In this document: one piece after another, positions 25,966 through 35,908 of the stretch | Layout: the number at the start of each line of letters is the position of its first letter | Position numbering within the stretch: the first letter of the stretch is position 1 | Translations under genes and position numbers: made by a program | Notes under the pieces: model-generated | Database searches by the model: none | The model's input: only the letters and a program-made list of their open reading frames with translations | Told to the model about the DNA's origin: nothing | Sequence record: LC765218.1 | Length of the DNA stretch: 64,000 nt | Source: Pseudomonas phage BRkr | Strand: one strand, 5' to 3'

Positions 25966-27234
25966 ATGTTCGAATCATTATTAGCAGTTCTTAATAAGTA
26001 CGATGATACATTTCCACCAGGATCACAAATTCCAATTGCTGGTAGTGATTACTTTAGTTATTTCGGTGGGTTTAAAGCAGGCCTACCACAACCTGAAGCA
26101 TTCTCTAATCTAGTTGGTTTCACAGAGGGTACATTACACACTAGTGAAACAACTTGGTTTAAATACAAAGAGAATAACAGACTTATTTATTTACCGAAAA
26201 CACCTTTTAGACGAGGCGCTGCTAGATCGATTATAGAGAACCATGGACTCATCGATGGTAAGGAAATACAGATCGGTAGACATAAGTTCCTATGTCGTGT
26301 TATGACGGGTATTGATAACCCTGGTGCCAGTGCAACTGGTGGCGGCGAATATAACCGTTTGGTTTATTCGATGGTAATACCCAGACAATCTGGTGCAGCG
26401 GCATTTGAGTCATTCTCAACAAGTGACTTTGGTTTAGCTAGTACCGGTGGGGCTAATTGGGTACGTGAAGTCCAAACTACTGGTACTGACGTAGGTAAAG
26501 GCTTCTATCGTGGTTTTAATTCAATCAGCTATGTGGGTAGAGAAGTAGCTGGTTCAAATATGAATAACTACGGATGGCGTCCAATTCTAATTTGGATTGA
26601 CCCGGACATTATTCCATCGAAAGGACCTGGTACTGAATCACTTATAGCCGGTAATGACGATATAGGTTACTTTGGTCGTGTCCCATCTAGTGAATTAATT
26701 ACAGCATCTGCGTTAGCTACCTTAGTTGGTTTGAGCGAGGGGACTGTTCTTAATGAGGCACCGGACTGGTTTAAGTTCTCTCACAGAAGTACCATTCTTT
26801 ATATCCCACAAAAACCACTCAAAAACAACATGACATGGAATTCTCTGGCAAGTGCTGGATTGAATGGTAGGGGTAAACGAATCACTATCGGTGACAACGT
26901 ATACCAGTGTCGATTGATGTATATTGGCGCTACCGATACAGGTATAACCAATAACGCTGCTCCAGGAAGAGAATGGCGTGATCTAATGTATAACGTCCAT
27001 GGAACTGTAACCGGTACAAAGGCATGGGAAAACTTAACCAACGCTGATCTCGGGGTAGGTGGACAAGGAGCCGGTAGTTATAGCTGGGGTCAGGAAACTG
27101 GCTTAGTCGATGGTAAAACAGCATATGCCGGTATCGGTTATAGTAACATGTCCCAGTTGAATATTAACGTACCCACCAATACGGGTGCACATATGGGTTG
27201 GCGTCCTGTTCTAGAGTTGATTGGTAAAGCTTAA
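25966..27234 (+). CDS. Putative virion (fibre-like) protein with internal tandem duplication
   Basis: Two ~200-aa homologous halves. One runs from LVGFTEGTLHTSETTWFKYKENNRLIYLPKTP through NNYGWRPILIWI. The other runs from LVGLSEGTVLNEAPDWFKFSHRSTILYIPQKP through AHMGWRPVLELI. A TATG-containing tail sits 44 nt upstream. Confidence 0.6.
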   Translation: MFESLLAVLNKYDDTFPPGSQIPIAGSDYFSYFGGFKAGLPQPEAFSNLVGFTEGTLHTSETTWFKYKENNRLIYLPKTPFRRGAARSIIENHGLIDGKEIQIGRHKFLCRVMTGIDNPGASATGGGEYNRLVYSMVIPRQSGAAAFESFSTSDFGLASTGGANWVREVQTTGTDVGKGFYRGFNSISYVGREVAGSNMNNYGWRPILIWIDPDIIPSKGPGTESLIAGNDDIGYFGRVPSSELITASALATLVGLSEGTVLNEAPDWFKFSHRSTILYIPQKPLKNNMTWNSLASAGLNGRGKRITIGDNVYQCRLMYIGATDTGITNNAAPGREWRDLMYNVHGTVTGTKAWENLTNADLGVGGQGAGSYSWGQETGLVDGKTAYAGIGYSNMSQLNINVPTNTGAHMGWRPVLELIGKA

Positions 27235-27243
27235 CGGCATAAA

Positions 27244-27263
27244 GCCACACCTAATGGTGGGGC
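27244..27263. terminator. Bidirectional terminator (AACGGCATAAAG-GCCACACC-TAAT-GGTGGGGC). Minus side followed by CTTTATGCCGTT
   Basis: Lies between convergent genes 25966-27234 (+) and 27273-27641 (-). Confidence 0.55.
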
Positions 27264-27272
27264 AATATGTTG

Positions 27273-27641
27273 TCAATACCCTTTATTCAAGAGTTCTGCT
27301 AAAGCGCGTGCTTGTGAGATATTAGTCGATGCAAAGACATCAGAAAGATATCCTTCGTTTGCTTCAGCTCCTTTACGAAGTTCTTTCATCAGGTCAGGAT
27401 TCGCCTTTGCCCATGTTTCCCATAGAGCTAAATATGCATCCCATGAGTTTATAGGACTCAACGGAGGCTTGCCTTTACCGAGCTTCCAATTAGTACCACC
27501 AACATCATAACCTTTAACATCGCATTGGTAGTGCATCTCAATAGTTCGGCCATCGGGCATTACAGCATTTAAGGCGGAGAACCTTTTATCGCCAACGGAG
27601 GAACATTCGTATCCTCCGCGACGTTTCCATCGATATATCAC
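27273..27641 (-). CDS. Hypothetical protein, translationally coupled to upstream exonuclease/polymerase gene
   Basis: 122-aa ORF with a GTG start overlapping the upstream stop (GTGA). An internal Met is an alternative start. No motif recognised. Confidence 0.45.
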   Translation of the reverse strand: MIYRWKRRGGYECSSVGDKRFSALNAVMPDGRTIEMHYQCDVKGYDVGGTNWKLGKGKPPLSPINSWDAYLALWETWAKANPDLMKELRKGAEANEGYLSDVFASTNISQARALAELLNKGY

Positions 27642-29581
27642 TTTGGGGAGTTAGCCTTCTTATCCAAATAAAGCTTCAGCATCTCATCCAGCTTCGGAGC
27701 CTTCATGATTTTCTGACAGATCTCAATGGCATTAACACGTCCACCTGTCAAGTTCACACCTACTTCTCGACGATGATGTTCGGAGATATCTTTCATCATG
27801 GAGAATTCCATGACAGTTGTTTCCCGAGCGATATTGAGAATCTGACTAACGTTCGGATAAGTCGAAACGATGTCAAGGTCAGCTACGTGACTAAAGATCA
27901 AAGTCTTGTAATCAGGTAAGTCCTTAACACACTTCAACCCATTTGGACCAGCCATATAGGACGGCAGTGTAACAATCCAGCTATCATGACCTACAACGTA
28001 TTGATCTAGCTCGTGAACCATCTGGTCGGAGCTAGTGCCAATTACGCATGGCTCAGGACGGTTCAGATACCAGAAGTGCATGTCATCACAGAGACGCTTC
28101 GGGTTAGAGCTGAAGTTCTTATAGTCAGAAGACTTAGAGAACAGAGTAATCGAACTAGCAAGGTCGTTGATCTTTTCATCCAGTTGTTCCAGACGAATGG
28201 AGTCAATGATGTTGTAAAGACCATAACGAACCTTGTGGTTCTTCTGCATCTCAATGTGCCATTCGATACCACCAAGGTGATCAGTTTCAGCAAACTTAAG
28301 TTTACCAAAGTTCATTGTGTAACGAACATGGTTACCTAGGTGCACAGTTTCACCCCAAGTGAAATGCTCTACCGGTGTCCAATCATCCTCTTTACCGCTA
28401 TAGTTAACAAACAGATACGGATAACTACCAGGACGTTCTACCAGAAGTTTATCAAGACTCTTCTTGAATTTAATCAGATCTTCTTCACCAAGAATCTCTG
28501 TCTCTTCATCAACGTTTAGCTCCTTCTTAAGAATATAGTCGAGAGCATACGAAGGCTCTTTACCTTTAGCAAGACGAGTTACCCGATACGTAGACATCGC
28601 ATCAATGGGTTGGAAAGAGGCAGGACATGTAATCCAATGCCACTGATCTTCAGGTCCCTTAGATTTAGTAACACCAGAAGCGGTAGTTGTCATCGCCTGG
28701 TCTTGGCGGAAATGGAAATACTTGTAATTATTAGGAACAGACGGATCGCTAAATACAAGTGCCGGATCAACTCCTGCATCTTCCAGGGTCTTCAAGATTC
28801 GACTCATGTCGAAGCTGATGTTCCAGAAAGAGAAGAAGTCTGGTTTCCATTCGTGTAGCCGCTTAATACAGTTAATGACAATGTGAACTGGTTGATCAAC
28901 CACTTCGATTTCTATTTTAAGATTACGGCCATTACGAAGTGCAACCAATTCAGGAATACGTTCTAGTTCCTCGAACGTTTCTTTCACGGGGTCTTTAAGA
29001 TCACTAACCCAATGTTTAAGATAGGCAAGATAAACGTTTTCTTTATGGCTTACGGACATACAGATAATCTGTCCGTCTTTTCCATCTTCGTAAACGTTGG
29101 TCTCAATATCACCACCTGCTACCGTGTTACGAGAAATGAGATCAGGTGCAGCAGTTCGATAATCGTTCTTCAAGCAGCATACAGAACTAACGTCCGCACC
29201 ATACAGGTAAGGACTTCGACTCAGTTGACGAAGCCTAGGGTTAGGTCCCATGCTGTAATCACCCAGAGCTTTAGCAATCGCATGCGGCATGTTAATCTGG
29301 GTAGACTTACGTTTAATAAGCTTACTAGCGTACTCATAGTCTTTCTTCTCATGATAAGTACGCTGGCTTTCTTTTTTATTTGCTTCAGGATCCAGCCACC
29401 ATGGCCGTTCATAATCCTCAATAAACCTCAGTCGTGGAATCCTGCGTTTATCTTTAAGATGCACGACTTCTTTAACAACATGTAAGTCATGCTTACGGTG
29501 ATTCCTATCGGTGACGTATGTAATATGTTTAGCCTCGACACCGATTACATCTTCTTTACTGAAAGAAATATTATCACTCAT
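27638..29581 (-). CDS. DEDDy 3'-5' exonuclease / N-terminal portion of a family-B DNA polymerase (motifs Exo I-III and putative motif A only)
   Basis: Exo I GGDIETNVYEDG, Exo II FWNISFDMSRIL, Exo III PSYALDYILK (Y-x3-D). About 240 aa later comes DLDIVSTYPNV, resembling polymerase motif A DxxSLYPS. No motif B (KxxxNSxYG) or motif C (DTD) occurs before the stop. Confidence 0.55.
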   Translation of the reverse strand: MSDNISFSKEDVIGVEAKHITYVTDRNHRKHDLHVVKEVVHLKDKRRIPRLRFIEDYERPWWLDPEANKKESQRTYHEKKDYEYASKLIKRKSTQINMPHAIAKALGDYSMGPNPRLRQLSRSPYLYGADVSSVCCLKNDYRTAAPDLISRNTVAGGDIETNVYEDGKDGQIICMSVSHKENVYLAYLKHWVSDLKDPVKETFEELERIPELVALRNGRNLKIEIEVVDQPVHIVINCIKRLHEWKPDFFSFWNISFDMSRILKTLEDAGVDPALVFSDPSVPNNYKYFHFRQDQAMTTTASGVTKSKGPEDQWHWITCPASFQPIDAMSTYRVTRLAKGKEPSYALDYILKKELNVDEETEILGEEDLIKFKKSLDKLLVERPGSYPYLFVNYSGKEDDWTPVEHFTWGETVHLGNHVRYTMNFGKLKFAETDHLGGIEWHIEMQKNHKVRYGLYNIIDSIRLEQLDEKINDLASSITLFSKSSDYKNFSSNPKRLCDDMHFWYLNRPEPCVIGTSSDQMVHELDQYVVGHDSWIVTLPSYMAGPNGLKCVKDLPDYKTLIFSHVADLDIVSTYPNVSQILNIARETTVMEFSMMKDISEHHRREVGVNLTGGRVNAIEICQKIMKAPKLDEMLKLYLDKKANSPK

Positions 29582-29689
29582 TTTTGAGCTTCCTTTTTAA
29601 AACTTAAATCACGTAGTATTAATCACCAGAGTAATCTCTCATTCGAGCTTTACTTTATGATTAATAAAACTGACGAGTAGGCCACTCTC

Positions 29690-30937
29690 ATGTATAACCG
29701 ATACACTATCTCTCAAGAGATGTTAGTAGTTGGAGCTAAATCCAACATTGGACCGATCACTGAAAAATACGTTACTCTTATCAGAGAAGCGTATAAAAAG
29801 GACAAGATCATTCCCGTTAGTTTGTTTACTGATTTTGCAAAAGAATTAAAAGTTGAAACCGGTATTAATTACGAGTTTACTGTCAGTGGTGACTCCGGAT
29901 TAGACGCCGGCGTTAGCCTAGAAATGATGGCGTTGGGTCATAGCGGTACTTGGTATAATGCACATAAGTGGCTTCGAGCAGAGAACAGCTATAACGATCC
30001 GCGGAAACTTGAAACCATTATCGATGTTAAGAACGTTCGTGTTAAAGGTGGTCTCGCCGATGAACTGAAGTTTAAGATGTATATCTCTCTTGGGTTCATT
30101 AGTGAGAAACTAGGTTTCACCATTCGTGAAGTAACTGCTGCTCTTGTTCACGAAATAGGACACACCTTTAACGTCTTTATGTACATGGGCGACTACGTAT
30201 GGCTTAACTATTATCTTACAGATGGAATTGAAATTCTACAAGGTAAGAAAAACAACGTATTCAAGCTTGAGGTTCTCACCGATAAATGGTTGAAGGAAAA
30301 CCTTAAAGAAGAAGAATACCAGGCCTACATTAATGACCGCTCTGATATCGGTAACGTTCGCCGTGCTATTCTATCTGCTTATAAAAAGGCACCACGACAC
30401 CATTTGATGAATAACCCCGTTACAGCAATGCGACGTGAAGAGCAGATGGCAGATATGTTTGCCTCTCGTTTGGGTTATGGTCGTGATCTAGCGACATGCC
30501 TCCATAAGTTCGATAAATACTACGGAATGGAGTACCAAGAGTCTGGGTACATCATGTTGATTATCCATGCCTTGGCCATGCTTTGGTTCTCACCATTAGT
30601 CATGTTGGTTATTCTTACAAATAGCGAAGTAGATGAATTCAATTTCTCTGCACGTTACGATGACCCACGTGAACGAATCATGAAAGTCCGTCGAGATCTT
30701 ATTGCTCAACTACGTAGAACTGATACAGTTAAAGATAAAGCTTCGATGAGTGATGATGTTAAAGCTATCGATGACATTATTCGAGACTTTTCTAATAACC
30801 GTAATTTGTTCGATACCGTCCTAGAATTCTTCCGTCCAGCTCGTCGTAAAGAAACTCAGTATAAACGAACTGAAGAGAATCTTGAGACATTGCTGAACAA
30901 TGATTTGTTCTTACAAGCTTTCCGCTTAACTCAATAA
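29690..30937 (+). CDS. Putative HEXXH zinc metallopeptidase with a C-terminal-proximal hydrophobic segment
   Basis: Contains ALVHEIGHTFN (HEXXH). A 25-aa hydrophobic stretch IMLIIHALAMLWFSPLVMLVILT follows. 415 aa. It lies divergent from the exonuclease gene. Confidence 0.5.
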   Translation: MYNRYTISQEMLVVGAKSNIGPITEKYVTLIREAYKKDKIIPVSLFTDFAKELKVETGINYEFTVSGDSGLDAGVSLEMMALGHSGTWYNAHKWLRAENSYNDPRKLETIIDVKNVRVKGGLADELKFKMYISLGFISEKLGFTIREVTAALVHEIGHTFNVFMYMGDYVWLNYYLTDGIEILQGKKNNVFKLEVLTDKWLKENLKEEEYQAYINDRSDIGNVRRAILSAYKKAPRHHLMNNPVTAMRREEQMADMFASRLGYGRDLATCLHKFDKYYGMEYQESGYIMLIIHALAMLWFSPLVMLVILTNSEVDEFNFSARYDDPRERIMKVRRDLIAQLRRTDTVKDKASMSDDVKAIDDIIRDFSNNRNLFDTVLEFFRPARRKETQYKRTEENLETLLNNDLFLQAFRLTQ

Positions 30938-30952
30938 ACAAGGTAGACCGAA

Positions 30953-31393
30953 ATGCGTACTGGTTTTGAAATTGCCCGTATCCTGAAAGAAATTAAATCC
31001 CCGACCAACAATGATCGTCAAGCTCGCGCCATGTTTGTAGCTAACGCTGTTGGTTTCTTTGTCCAGCTTGATCCATCTCTTTCTTGTGAAGAGTTGATTG
31101 ATGCACACATGCCTATGTTGAAGAAGGTAGCTGGCCAGGTTAACGAGAATATTGCTCTCGACCTGAATCTGACTCGTGAACTCTTTAAACAAGTCATCCG
31201 TATCCGATTGGAACTGATTAACTGTGTTAGCGATCCAGCTATCATTGAAGCTGCAATGAAATCCGTTACAGCAGAAGATTATCAGACAATCGATGAAACC
31301 GCTACCGCTAACATGCTTGCCAGTCGTTTTGATTTCGCTAAGAGTCAAAATGCTATAGCCAGTGTTCTGCGTCAGCTTGAAGTAGAAGGCTAA
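30953..31393 (+). CDS. Hypothetical protein
   Basis: 146-aa ORF 16 nt after the previous stop, same strand. Confidence 0.5.
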   Translation: MRTGFEIARILKEIKSPTNNDRQARAMFVANAVGFFVQLDPSLSCEELIDAHMPMLKKVAGQVNENIALDLNLTRELFKQVIRIRLELINCVSDPAIIEAAMKSVTAEDYQTIDETATANMLASRFDFAKSQNAIASVLRQLEVEG

Positions 31394-31410
31394 TTCAGGG
31401 AGGGGTCGTC

Positions 31411-31713
31411 ATGATCGACCATACCCATGATGACTTAGTTCACCCGCGTATTACAAAAGCATACGCAAAGTCATTAATCGTAAAAGAGAAGATCATCTCT
31501 GACCCTGAAATGTTGGTGACAGTCTGCATTACTAAATTACGTAATGGCCATCGGATTGTCACCGATGCAATTGTAGCGAATAAAGCAGCATTTGATTCTA
31601 AGCGTGGAGTTGTAGTAGCCAGGCGAAAAGCAATTGAAGAAATTATTCGTTTAGAATTGTACCTCTTACGTGACAAGCTTTACGAGCATTCTAAAGGTAA
31701 TGAAAATGCATGA
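31411..31713 (+). CDS. Hypothetical protein
   Basis: 100-aa ORF with RBS GGAGGG. Its stop overlaps the next start. Confidence 0.45.
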   Translation: MIDHTHDDLVHPRITKAYAKSLIVKEKIISDPEMLVTVCITKLRNGHRIVTDAIVANKAAFDSKRGVVVARRKAIEEIIRLELYLLRDKLYEHSKGNENA

Positions 31714-32944
31714 ACACGATAACGTTCTTATTGAAGGACAACGACAGTTAGGTGAAGAGCTTGAAGCAGCTCCCGTCCGTGGAGTTCAGCTCGATCCAAA
31801 TCTGCAAGAAAAGCTACATGCTGCATTGGAGCATATTAGCACGCTAGACGATCTACGTTCTACTATCCGTGCCGAAGGTGTTAGTTCGCATGATATCACA
31901 GCTCTTCGTGGTATCCATAGTTCCATGGAAGCTATTGGTTTGAATGTGCCAGTACTACCATCTCTGGAAAACTATAACGCTCTATTCACGCCCACACGTA
32001 CTAGCTTGAATCTAAAGGTTTCTAATGAAGCTATTGGTTCGGCTATTATGGCTACCATTAAAGAATGGTTCCATGTACTGGTTGACTTTATTGTAAAGAC
32101 AATCCGTTGGGTTAAGTCAGTTGAGATGAATGACGAAGTGATCCAAGGTAGGATCGTTTCTATTAACGAAAAAATCGTTAAATTAGAATCCAACTGGAAA
32201 GAGATGCAAGCTTTGAACCGTTTGGGTAATCGTAATCTTGATCGTAAGTATTACGAAGCTGCCGAAGTGGTTCTACTTGATCCTAAGCTACCCCGCTCCG
32301 ATATCGGCCTGTTGGCTTTTGGTGTAGATGATGATCTTCGTCGAATCCGAAATATCCAACAAGAAGCACAAAAATTTGGTGCACAACTGCTGGAGCAAAT
32401 TCGACAGCTTCGTCAAGTAATGGACCGCTCTCGTTTAGAACTTGGCTTTGAATCTCATATTGGACCACGACTACAGTCTCTGGCAGAAACGCTGAAGAAC
32501 ATGGATAGTCAGTCTGACGATCCTAACTTCTATATCAAACACAAACGAGTTGGTATTCGTTTCTTTGAAGATACTAAACGCATGTTAAAGCGTGAGCCAA
32601 TTACATATAAGTTCATCTATGAGCTCTATGGTAAATGTGCAGACGAACTGCGTAAAGTGAATCGATTTGATCTAGAAGAATCTGTTGTACCACTTCCTAA
32701 ACTTCAGGCTGTTATTGCCAACGTTAACGCTGGTATTGAAGCACTGAATGACATGGTTAAGGTATTCAGCCGTATTCCTCTTTATCAGTACAAAGCTGGT
32801 GCAACATATGCCAACTTCTTCATCAAGGCGCACGACATCGTTCGTGAGGATTTCTATGCTCATGTCGCAAGTGACGTAGCTAATGCCGCCTGGGATAAAC
32901 TGATTAAGCGTTTTGAAGATATCAAACGTGAGCTTGGTATTTGA
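31706..32944 (+). CDS. Member of paralogous acidic virion-protein family (see 41005-51510)
   Basis: Start set at ATG 31706 (MHEHDNV) with AAAGG 10 nt upstream; the ORF track gives 31670. Shares the family motif ALEHISTLDDL…ITALRGIHSSMEAIGLN…SLENYN, cf. ALEAYSGLLRQ…AAFLRVGIKQAERVLG…GLENYN in 46277-47710. Confidence 0.6.
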   Translation: MHEHDNVLIEGQRQLGEELEAAPVRGVQLDPNLQEKLHAALEHISTLDDLRSTIRAEGVSSHDITALRGIHSSMEAIGLNVPVLPSLENYNALFTPTRTSLNLKVSNEAIGSAIMATIKEWFHVLVDFIVKTIRWVKSVEMNDEVIQGRIVSINEKIVKLESNWKEMQALNRLGNRNLDRKYYEAAEVVLLDPKLPRSDIGLLAFGVDDDLRRIRNIQQEAQKFGAQLLEQIRQLRQVMDRSRLELGFESHIGPRLQSLAETLKNMDSQSDDPNFYIKHKRVGIRFFEDTKRMLKREPITYKFIYELYGKCADELRKVNRFDLEESVVPLPKLQAVIANVNAGIEALNDMVKVFSRIPLYQYKAGATYANFFIKAHDIVREDFYAHVASDVANAAWDKLIKRFEDIKRELGI

Positions 32945-32982
32945 CAACATAAAGCCCGGCATTGAGCCGGGCTTTATGTCGT
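32944..32982. terminator. Long bidirectional palindromic terminator ACAACATAAAGCCCGGC-ATTGA-GCCGGGCTTTATGTCGT
   Basis: 16 of 17 bp palindrome arms. Exactly fills the gap between convergent genes 31706-32944 (+) and 32983-35898 (-). Confidence 0.7.
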
Positions 32983-35898
32983 TTAGTTATTCAGTACTTC
33001 GTGTTTAAGGAAGTTGAATTGAACGTCGTCTTCTACAGTTAACTCTTGGTTAGCAAGAACAACAAGCTTCTTACGAATCGCGAGGCGAACAGCATCATCT
33101 TCAACTGTAAGAATGGCGTAGTTATTAGTGCCACCCAAACCGAATACCTCAAGTGCCTGTACCCCGTCACCAGACGTCGCTTCAAGTTGAGCAACTGTAT
33201 CAGACATCGATACAGTCTTACGACTGATGTATTCATTAAGTACAGACTTACCGTTAGCCATAAGGCTAGGTCGAATTGTAGTATTGGTATATTCAGCTGG
33301 TTTCAGATAGAAACTAAGAGTGAATGCTTGATCGACGGAGATGGTAGCTTTCTGACCTTCACGTACGGTAACAGTAGTATCACCATAAGTGGTAGTCGGA
33401 TAGAGATACATCTCACACATTTCAAGTAACTGTGCATCGAGGATACTGATGTCATTCTCAAGCCATGTAACGAATTCCATCGGAATTTCGACTTTGTAGT
33501 CAAGTGCCGATTTTTCATTGGCAAAGTAGAATAGTCCATCAACCATCATTAAAGTAATTTCACGTAGACGCTTACGCGGTGCAACCAAAATAGGTTTACC
33601 GTTTGAGTCTAACATTACATCGCCTTTCTGGTGCTTGCGAACCTGATTACCTTGTGCATCCAATACCGGATCACCTTTACGATGAAGTATCTCATAATCG
33701 AGAGTACCATCAGGTTTAATCGTTACAATGATGTTACCTGCTTCATCGCGTTTATATTCGTTTTCCTCATAGAACCACATTACATCATGTTCCCAGTGCT
33801 GATAAGACTCATCACCAAGTACAGTACGACTACGTCGCCACATTTTGGTCATGTCATAACCAAGTGTTGTAACTAGACGTTCACGGTTGACAACCATGAA
33901 TTGTTGTGGCAATAGGTGGGCTTGAACCATTTCATCGATCTGGTTAGGTTGATAACCAGGTGTACTCGTATTAACAACAAGGATAGTGATATCAAACATG
34001 TTATTTAGAGTACTCGCGAAATTGTTTTGCACCTCGGAGAACATCGACATGTTAGTCGTGTAGAGCTCGTTCTTGGAATTGATGTCATGATTAGTTTTGA
34101 TATCAAAAGTAAATACGCGCTCACCGTCTTCGATACCAATGAACTTACCATTAACAGAAGCCCAGCGTACTTCACCAGCTGGCTGATAGCCAATTTGAAG
34201 TACAACTTGTTCATCAGCTAGTTTCTTGAACTGCTCACCAGATTCTAAACGAACTGTAATTCGATAACCTTCATCCGTTTTAACTATATCAAAGACATCG
34301 ATAGCAGCTTGTAAATTAGCTGTGTCGTTCTCACCAACAAAAATCTTTTCGGTGATTGTTGGATTGTCTAAATAGTAGGGACGAACCTCAAAATTCTCAC
34401 GCGATGCATCTAGTACGTTATGGAAAGGAGAATACACGTAACGGCCATTGTTCATCTCACGTGCAATCTGTTCGGCAGTGCTGCCTTTTAGACGAGCAAT
34501 CTCAGCATCAGCAACGGTGTTAACACGACCATTATTGAACGTGTAGAGCATACTAGGTTTGATCGTTAATCGATCACCATTGTCCGCTACATGTATAGAG
34601 CCCGCCAAAGACTCCATATCGACTTTAAGTTGCGACATGGCTACACCAGCACCAGAAATAACATCAAGCGACCTCGGAGCTCCTAGACGCCTTGAAGCGA
34701 GGAACTGTCTATTCGTAATGTTATCGATATTGGATACGAGTGTATAACCACGCCGATTAACAGCGTCAGTAATTTGAACGTTAGTAATAGGTACTTGGTT
34801 TGCACCGAGTGTATTATTAATAACCTGATTACGGAGTACGTTAAAATCAACCGAATTCGCACCTCCTTCTACTCGACCACGTGCCAGAGATTGAATGAGG
34901 TTAAACGTTGTCAATGGAGACACATACGAGCTATCGTCATCAATAGAGTTCAGATAGAACTTAAACTGGTTTGCTTTATAAGCACCTAGATCGCGATCCA
35001 TCTTTCCTTGGGTAGTATAGATATCGATACGGATATCACCCTGTGCCATTCGTGTGTTTGTATAGATAGTTGGAATACTCACTTGGAGTTTATTACCAAT
35101 AACTTTAAACACAACGGTCAGTTCCATTGGGTCATAGACTAAAGCCGAGTGAGTCGTTTTAAGTTCCACCCAATTATCATCTTCAGTACGGCTGATGTAC
35201 GCCCGCGCATAGAAGAACTGATCGGTGAATGTATACGATTCTTGGAAAAGACTAGATGGGTTAAGAGATTCGGTATGTGTCTTTACTGCGAACTGATAGA
35301 CCGGGATGCTAAGAGAAATAACCTTACGTCGATCAATGACGAGCATAGACCATGGTACAATGTTCGTCGATAGGGTTTCCACAGGTGACTTTTTATCGAG
35401 GACATATTCGATAGTAATACCACCGTGACGCATAACCCGAATTTCAATTGGGTACTGCATCGTGAATTTAATACCAGCTGCATCAAATTCCGTTAAGCGC
35501 GGTATAACTAGTTTCTTGATACCTGTATCTCCGACGGCCACTGCTTTAGCAATAACTTCATCGTAGGCAATCAAGAAATTGAAGGTTGTTCTAGCAGGAG
35601 AAGCAAAGCGTCCAATATAGTCATCATCTGACATGTGTTTATAGAGCTCTTCACTACCCAGCGAAAGACGTGGATACAGCTGACGTCCCAATGCCTCCAT
35701 TTCACCAATTGCCATCGCGGTTTCCATGGAACCGATCTCAAGCGAGAATACAAAAGGGATAGATGCATCTGGAATATCAGCAATGACGGCTCCATTACTA
35801 GAGCCGTTCATTTGTGTATCCAGTTCATTAAGAGCGATGGTTTGCATCAACGCTGGATTACGTCGAGCACTATACATCCGTTCTTTAAACTGACTCAT
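32983..35898 (-). CDS. Large putative virion structural protein
   Basis: 971-aa minus-strand ORF. Its stop abuts the long bidirectional palindromic terminator 32944-32982. No enzymatic motif. Size and context suggest structural, possibly sheath-like, which is speculative. Confidence 0.7.
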   Translation of the reverse strand: MSQFKERMYSARRNPALMQTIALNELDTQMNGSSNGAVIADIPDASIPFVFSLEIGSMETAMAIGEMEALGRQLYPRLSLGSEELYKHMSDDDYIGRFASPARTTFNFLIAYDEVIAKAVAVGDTGIKKLVIPRLTEFDAAGIKFTMQYPIEIRVMRHGGITIEYVLDKKSPVETLSTNIVPWSMLVIDRRKVISLSIPVYQFAVKTHTESLNPSSLFQESYTFTDQFFYARAYISRTEDDNWVELKTTHSALVYDPMELTVVFKVIGNKLQVSIPTIYTNTRMAQGDIRIDIYTTQGKMDRDLGAYKANQFKFYLNSIDDDSSYVSPLTTFNLIQSLARGRVEGGANSVDFNVLRNQVINNTLGANQVPITNVQITDAVNRRGYTLVSNIDNITNRQFLASRRLGAPRSLDVISGAGVAMSQLKVDMESLAGSIHVADNGDRLTIKPSMLYTFNNGRVNTVADAEIARLKGSTAEQIAREMNNGRYVYSPFHNVLDASRENFEVRPYYLDNPTITEKIFVGENDTANLQAAIDVFDIVKTDEGYRITVRLESGEQFKKLADEQVVLQIGYQPAGEVRWASVNGKFIGIEDGERVFTFDIKTNHDINSKNELYTTNMSMFSEVQNNFASTLNNMFDITILVVNTSTPGYQPNQIDEMVQAHLLPQQFMVVNRERLVTTLGYDMTKMWRRSRTVLGDESYQHWEHDVMWFYEENEYKRDEAGNIIVTIKPDGTLDYEILHRKGDPVLDAQGNQVRKHQKGDVMLDSNGKPILVAPRKRLREITLMMVDGLFYFANEKSALDYKVEIPMEFVTWLENDISILDAQLLEMCEMYLYPTTTYGDTTVTVREGQKATISVDQAFTLSFYLKPAEYTNTTIRPSLMANGKSVLNEYISRKTVSMSDTVAQLEATSGDGVQALEVFGLGGTNNYAILTVEDDAVRLAIRKKLVVLANQELTVEDDVQFNFLKHEVLNN

Positions 35899-35908
35899 TA
35901 AAATTTCC

